A stretch of DNA of 64,000 nt from a virus. Below, piece by piece: positions 60,843 through 64,000 of the stretch. The DNA is taken from IMG/VR virus record IMGVR_UViG_3300017917_001112, positions 32,001-96,000 of that record; one strand, given 5' to 3'. Under the pieces are notes generated by a model. It worked only from the letters and a program-made list of their open reading frames with translations. It did no database searches and had not been told where the DNA came from. How positions within the stretch are numbered: the stretch's first letter is position 1; each line of letters starts with the position of its first letter. Position numbers and translations under genes: made by a program.

Positions 60843-61040
60843 ATGGCTATCATAACACTTACAAAGACAGAACTAGAGAAAATACTTACATTAATGAGCA
60901 AGCACGGAAATACAACAGTTACAATAAACAGTGACAATTCCAGTGGCATAGGTCCAATCGTTACTGCTGAGTTGGATCTAATCATCAGTGGAACAGAGGG
61001 AAAGTTTACCGTTGAGATTACAGGTGTAGATTCATGGTAA
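60843..61040 (+). CDS. Small hypothetical protein
   Basis: GGAG RBS; SSGIG and terminal ..SW. Confidence 0.7.
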   Translation: MAIITLTKTELEKILTLMSKHGNTTVTINSDNSSGIGPIVTAELDLIISGTEGKFTVEITGVDSW

Positions 61041-61189
61041 ACAATAGGGTTTATGTTCTCCCTTGTGGAAATGAAGCAGTCATCGTTGGAATCAGTGATG
61101 ATGATAAGAAATACATTGTAGAATATGACGATGGTAAGATGGCAGAGGTGAATAAGTGGCAGTGTAAACCAATAGATGTGGATGGGTAG
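61034..61189 (+). CDS. 51-aa hypothetical protein (not in ORF track)
   Basis: MVNNRVYVLPCGNEAVIVGISDDDKKYIVEYDDGKMAEVNKWQCKPIDVDG; AGGT upstream. Confidence 0.55.
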   Translation: MVNNRVYVLPCGNEAVIVGISDDDKKYIVEYDDGKMAEVNKWQCKPIDVDG

Positions 61190-61259
61190 CGTGTGTATGT
61201 GCTGTATTTAGTGGTCGATGTGTTCGAAGGGTTGGATTAATTATTTTTGAAAGAAAAGA

Positions 61260-61589
61260 ATGCCAGGAGTTTATCGCTTAAAAGAGTGTCCTACTTGCGG
61301 TGTTGAGCATCGCAGACGTGGACCACATTGCTCTCGCAGTTGTGGACAGAAAGCACGTGTCCTCACTGATGATCACAAGCGTAAAATTGCGGACAGTAAT
61401 CGTGAACACATGGCTAGTGATAGTCCGAGTGCTGAGAAGAGCAAGTGGATTATTACTCAGCAGAAGAAGGGACAGGGTAAGACAGAGCAGCAGCTGGAAC
61501 AGGAGATGGATGGCTGGAGTATTGTGCCTCCACATGGACTGGACAGACAGTATGAGAAGGATGCAGACGGAGATATCTGGTTTTCATAG
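61260..61589 (+). CDS. Zn-finger + NUMOD3-like putative DNA-binding protein
   Basis: CPTCG..H...G..CSRSC followed by TDDHKRKIADS. Confidence 0.65.
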   Translation: MPGVYRLKECPTCGVEHRRRGPHCSRSCGQKARVLTDDHKRKIADSNREHMASDSPSAEKSKWIITQQKKGQGKTEQQLEQEMDGWSIVPPHGLDRQYEKDADGDIWFS

Positions 61590-61608
61590 GCAAATCAAGG
61601 ACTTGTAT

Positions 61609-61706
61609 ACCCCTACAGGTTGAAGGGTTATTCTGGCAGGGTATTGACAATAATTCGGATTCCAGGCATAATTACTCTATTGATTATGAAAAAGGAACTG
61701 AAAATG
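61609..61706 (+). promoter_or_regulatory. Early promoter cassette copy 4 (diverged)
   Basis: ACCCCTAC-AGGTT-GAAGGGTTATT; TTGACA 61644-49; N17 containing ATTCGG; CATAAT 61667-72; AAAGGA RBS; ATG at 61704. Confidence 0.8.
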
Positions 61707-62633
61707 ACCAACGCTGTGAAGACCTCTGTGAAGTTTGATAAAGTTACTGGCAAGTATACTTGCCAGATTGGTGATTCTAAACCCTTCAAAACTTCTAAGA
61801 CCTCTCACATTGAGTGGAAATTCAAACAAATCACTGGCATGACTCTGTCCTATGATGAGATCGTTGCTGGTGCGAAAGAGATCCAAGCAGCCAAGGATGC
61901 TAAGTTTAACATCAATGCTCGCTTCGGCTTCGTTGAGCAGCTGGTGTCCATGGTTGCTGATGGTGTCCAGCCCTCTGCTGTGATCACTGGTCAGGGTGGT
62001 CTCGGTAAGACTTACACTGTGACCAAGACTCTCGAGAAGAAGGGTTACAAAGACATCTCTGATCTCGCTGACTTTCAAGTCGGCAGTCTGCTGAATATGC
62101 GTAAGTGCTTTAAGATGGTCAAAGGTTTCTCGACTGCTAAGGGTCTCTATCGCACTCTGTTCGAAAACAACAAGGGCATCATCGTGTTTGATGACTGCGA
62201 TGCTGTTCTCAAAGACCCTGTTGCGCTGAACATTCTCAAGTCTGCTCTGGACAGCTACGGTAAGCGTATCATCTCCTGGAATGCTGACTTCCGTGATGAA
62301 GATCTTCCTCGCTCGTTCAACTTCGAGGGTCGTATCATCTTCATCTCCAATATGGAAGAAGGTGCAATTGACCAAGCGATTCGTAGCCGTAGCATGATGA
62401 TCGACCTGTCTATGAACTCCGAACAGAAGATCGAGCGTATGGCTACCATCGCTGACTCTGAAGAGTTTATGCCTGAGTATGACAAGACTATCGTTCGCGA
62501 TGCTCTGGCTCTGATTCGCGATCTCAAGGATGAGGCAAAGGAAATCTCCCTTCGCACTCTGATCTCCGTCAGCAAGGTTCGTGCTTCCAATGACAACTGG
62601 AAAGACCTCGCTACCTACATTCTGACTGCTTAA
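61704..62633 (+). CDS. AAA+ family ATPase
   Basis: Walker A GQGGLGKT, Walker B IIVFDDCD, sensor IFISN, Arg finger AIRSRS. The true start is 61704; the track start at 61620 lies in the promoter. Confidence 0.9.
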   Translation: MTNAVKTSVKFDKVTGKYTCQIGDSKPFKTSKTSHIEWKFKQITGMTLSYDEIVAGAKEIQAAKDAKFNINARFGFVEQLVSMVADGVQPSAVITGQGGLGKTYTVTKTLEKKGYKDISDLADFQVGSLLNMRKCFKMVKGFSTAKGLYRTLFENNKGIIVFDDCDAVLKDPVALNILKSALDSYGKRIISWNADFRDEDLPRSFNFEGRIIFISNMEEGAIDQAIRSRSMMIDLSMNSEQKIERMATIADSEEFMPEYDKTIVRDALALIRDLKDEAKEISLRTLISVSKVRASNDNWKDLATYILTA

Positions 62634-62645
62634 TGGGGGGGTATC

Positions 62646-62861
62646 ATGATAACCATCAATGGACTGACTAAGGCACAGGTGAGAATGCTCGACAAAATGT
62701 GGGCAATCGATGGATATGAGGAATACATGGAGTGGAAGAGCACTCTTTGTTATGCTCAGAAGCAACAGTGCGAATTGCTCGAACAGATGGTACTGTTGGC
62801 TGATCTTGATGAAATTGATAATGTCGATGATGCAGTAGAGGTTCTTCGGAAATACATTTGA
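62646..62861 (+). CDS. Small hypothetical protein
   Basis: G-rich RBS; I.GLT..Q..MLD.MW motif. Confidence 0.7.
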   Translation: MITINGLTKAQVRMLDKMWAIDGYEEYMEWKSTLCYAQKQQCELLEQMVLLADLDEIDNVDDAVEVLRKYI

Positions 62862-62886
62862 CATATATGCTAATTACTTGTATAAT
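62858..62886 (+). promoter_or_regulatory. Perfect sigma70 promoter
   Basis: TTGACA 62858-63, 17-nt spacer, TATAAT 62881-86 (TG directly upstream). Confidence 0.88.
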
Positions 62887-62905
62887 ACCAGTGTAGAGGA
62901 TGATT

Positions 62906-63049
62906 ATGAACTTCGATGAAATTAACTATAAACTGGCAATGATTGCTGAAGCAGAGAGAGAAGCAATTGTTGAAGAAGAATATGAAGAAGAACTAATGGC
63001 ATTGGAGCAAGAGAAGCAGTACTGGATGATGAGTTTAGAAGACAGCTGA
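62906..63049 (+). CDS. 47-aa highly acidic protein (not in ORF track)
   Basis: MNFDEINYKLAMIAEAEREAIVEEEYEEELMALEQEKQYWMMSLEDS; GAGG RBS; first gene after the perfect promoter. Confidence 0.7.
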   Translation: MNFDEINYKLAMIAEAEREAIVEEEYEEELMALEQEKQYWMMSLEDS

Positions 63050-63054
63050 GATAA

Positions 63055-63129
63055 GGGGGGGGTCTAAAAAACGACTTTAAAATTCGGGTCCCTATTTTTT
63101 TCGGTCGGGTCCCTATCGGCTTGACCCCC
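63055..63129. other. Non-coding element with G8 run, TCGGGTCCCTAT direct repeat and closing inverted repeat
   Basis: G-run 63055-62; repeats at 63084-95 and 63105-16; GGGGGTC (63058-64) is complementary to GACCCCC (63123-29). Confidence 0.6.
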
Positions 63130-63161
63130 ATCATTTTCTTTTCTTTTAACAAGGACAACAT

Positions 63162-63392
63162 ATGAACGACAAACTTACTGAGAAAATACTGCAACAAGTG
63201 GAAGATTCACTAGTGGTATCCAGGGATAAGCGTAAATCACTGACAATGCGTGGACTGGTGTATGAGCGAATTCTTTTCGCATTATCCGAAGAGGAACTGC
63301 AAGAGGACTATTCTCTCACTCCTGAAACCCTTAGACAGTTGAGCGACTTGGATATGTTTGAGTTATACGAAAGCATTTACGTCGATGCCTAG
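63162..63392 (+). CDS. Hypothetical protein
   Basis: AAGGA RBS. Confidence 0.65.
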   Translation: MNDKLTEKILQQVEDSLVVSRDKRKSLTMRGLVYERILFALSEEELQEDYSLTPETLRQLSDLDMFELYESIYVDA

Positions 63393-63657
63393 TTTAGAGA
63401 AATACTTTCAAGAGAGGGATAAGAATAAACCTGCACCAAAATGGGTTTATGGCGACAGAGTCTCAGGGAAAATTGGCAAGATTCCAGTCATTGGTATGGT
63501 AGTTCGTGAGGACTATAATGACCCATCTCTTGTACTATGTCATTTAGATCTCCCAGTGAAAGAAAAGAATGGGGATTATAAATGGATTTGGAATGTACCA
63601 AGCAAGGGAATGAAACGACTAAGGAACTACAATGGAGATGAGACTGATCAAGTATAG
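63385..63657 (+). CDS. Hypothetical protein (SH3-like)
   Basis: ATG at 63385 overlaps the upstream gene; GDRV.G....IP..G.V...HLDLP motif. Confidence 0.65.
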   Translation: MPSLEKYFQERDKNKPAPKWVYGDRVSGKIGKIPVIGMVVREDYNDPSLVLCHLDLPVKEKNGDYKWIWNVPSKGMKRLRNYNGDETDQV

Positions 63658-63790
63658 GGATGCAGGGATGCACACTTATACTTACTTTTGGGTGAATAAC
63701 AAGCATACTGTAATTTCGCCGTATTTTGATAGCGAATCTGAAGCATTGGAATGGAAGGAAGATTATGAGCGAGGAAAAAAAACTCCGTAG
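63638..63790 (+). CDS. 50-aa hypothetical protein (not in ORF track)
   Basis: MRLIKYRDAGMHTYTYFWVNNKHTVISPYFDSESEALEWKEDYERGKKTP; bridges the flanking ORFs. Confidence 0.55.
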   Translation: MRLIKYRDAGMHTYTYFWVNNKHTVISPYFDSESEALEWKEDYERGKKTP

Positions 63791-64000
63791 GGAGATTCGT
63801 AATGGATTGGTTGCGGTTCTGTACTCTCCAGGATATGGAGCAGGTTGGAGCACTTGGAACTATGACTATCCTGAACTGATTTATGATCCATCGATTGTGT
63901 ATATGGTTGAGGAGATGAACAAGCTGGATCATGATGACTTGTCTGGTCGCAATTCATGGGTAGATAACATTGTGGAATACTGTAAAAAAACGTATCCCTC
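63765..64000 (+). CDS. Hypothetical phage protein, 3'-truncated
   Basis: MSEEKKLRREIRNGLVAVLYSPGYGAGWSTWN...; open to the window end; AAGGA RBS. Confidence 0.7.
   Translation, partial: MSEEKKLRREIRNGLVAVLYSPGYGAGWSTWNYDYPELIYDPSIVYMVEEMNKLDHDDLSGRNSWVDNIVEYCKKTYP

Noticed and set aside
61677-62864. 395-aa minus-strand ORF antisense to the AAA ATPase
   Set aside because: No recognisable motifs. It is explained by the ATPase's codon bias (few TTA/CTA/TCA codons means few antisense stops), and all supported genes here are on the + strand.
1-64000. Stop-codon reassignment
   Set aside because: All core genes are full length under the standard bacterial code; TAA, TGA and TAG all occur as apparent stops.

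Overview
This window is a 64 kb, AT-rich, almost entirely + strand segment of a large T4-like (Tevenvirinae/Kyanoviridae-style) myophage genome. The first ~48.5 kb is the late virion module: the 3' part of gp5 (with a C-terminal M15-type peptidase), a PAAR-like tip, gp25, gp6, greatly enlarged gp7 and gp8, a 2729-aa VrlC/DUF4815-like protein, a 1774-aa repeat protein, a cluster of fibre-like proteins (two ~1000-1200-aa paralogues), gp13-14-15, gp17 (no gp16 in its usual place) and gp18-19-20-67-68-21-22-23. Next come gp3, uvsY, uvsW, gp55, gp47 and gp46, in the order seen in marine/freshwater T4-likes. From ~55.4 kb to the end is a hypervariable early region of small ORFs, including a 2OG-Fe(II) oxygenase, a protein phosphatase, an AAA ATPase, Zn-finger and membrane micro-proteins. 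The early region is driven by a repeated promoter cassette (4 copies): a dyad centred about -60, a sigma70 -35/-10 pair with a conserved spacer and, in three copies, an AUG at the predicted +1. I found no tRNA, rRNA, CRISPR array, intron/intein or IS element. All family assignments come from motif recognition and synteny, not from database searches.
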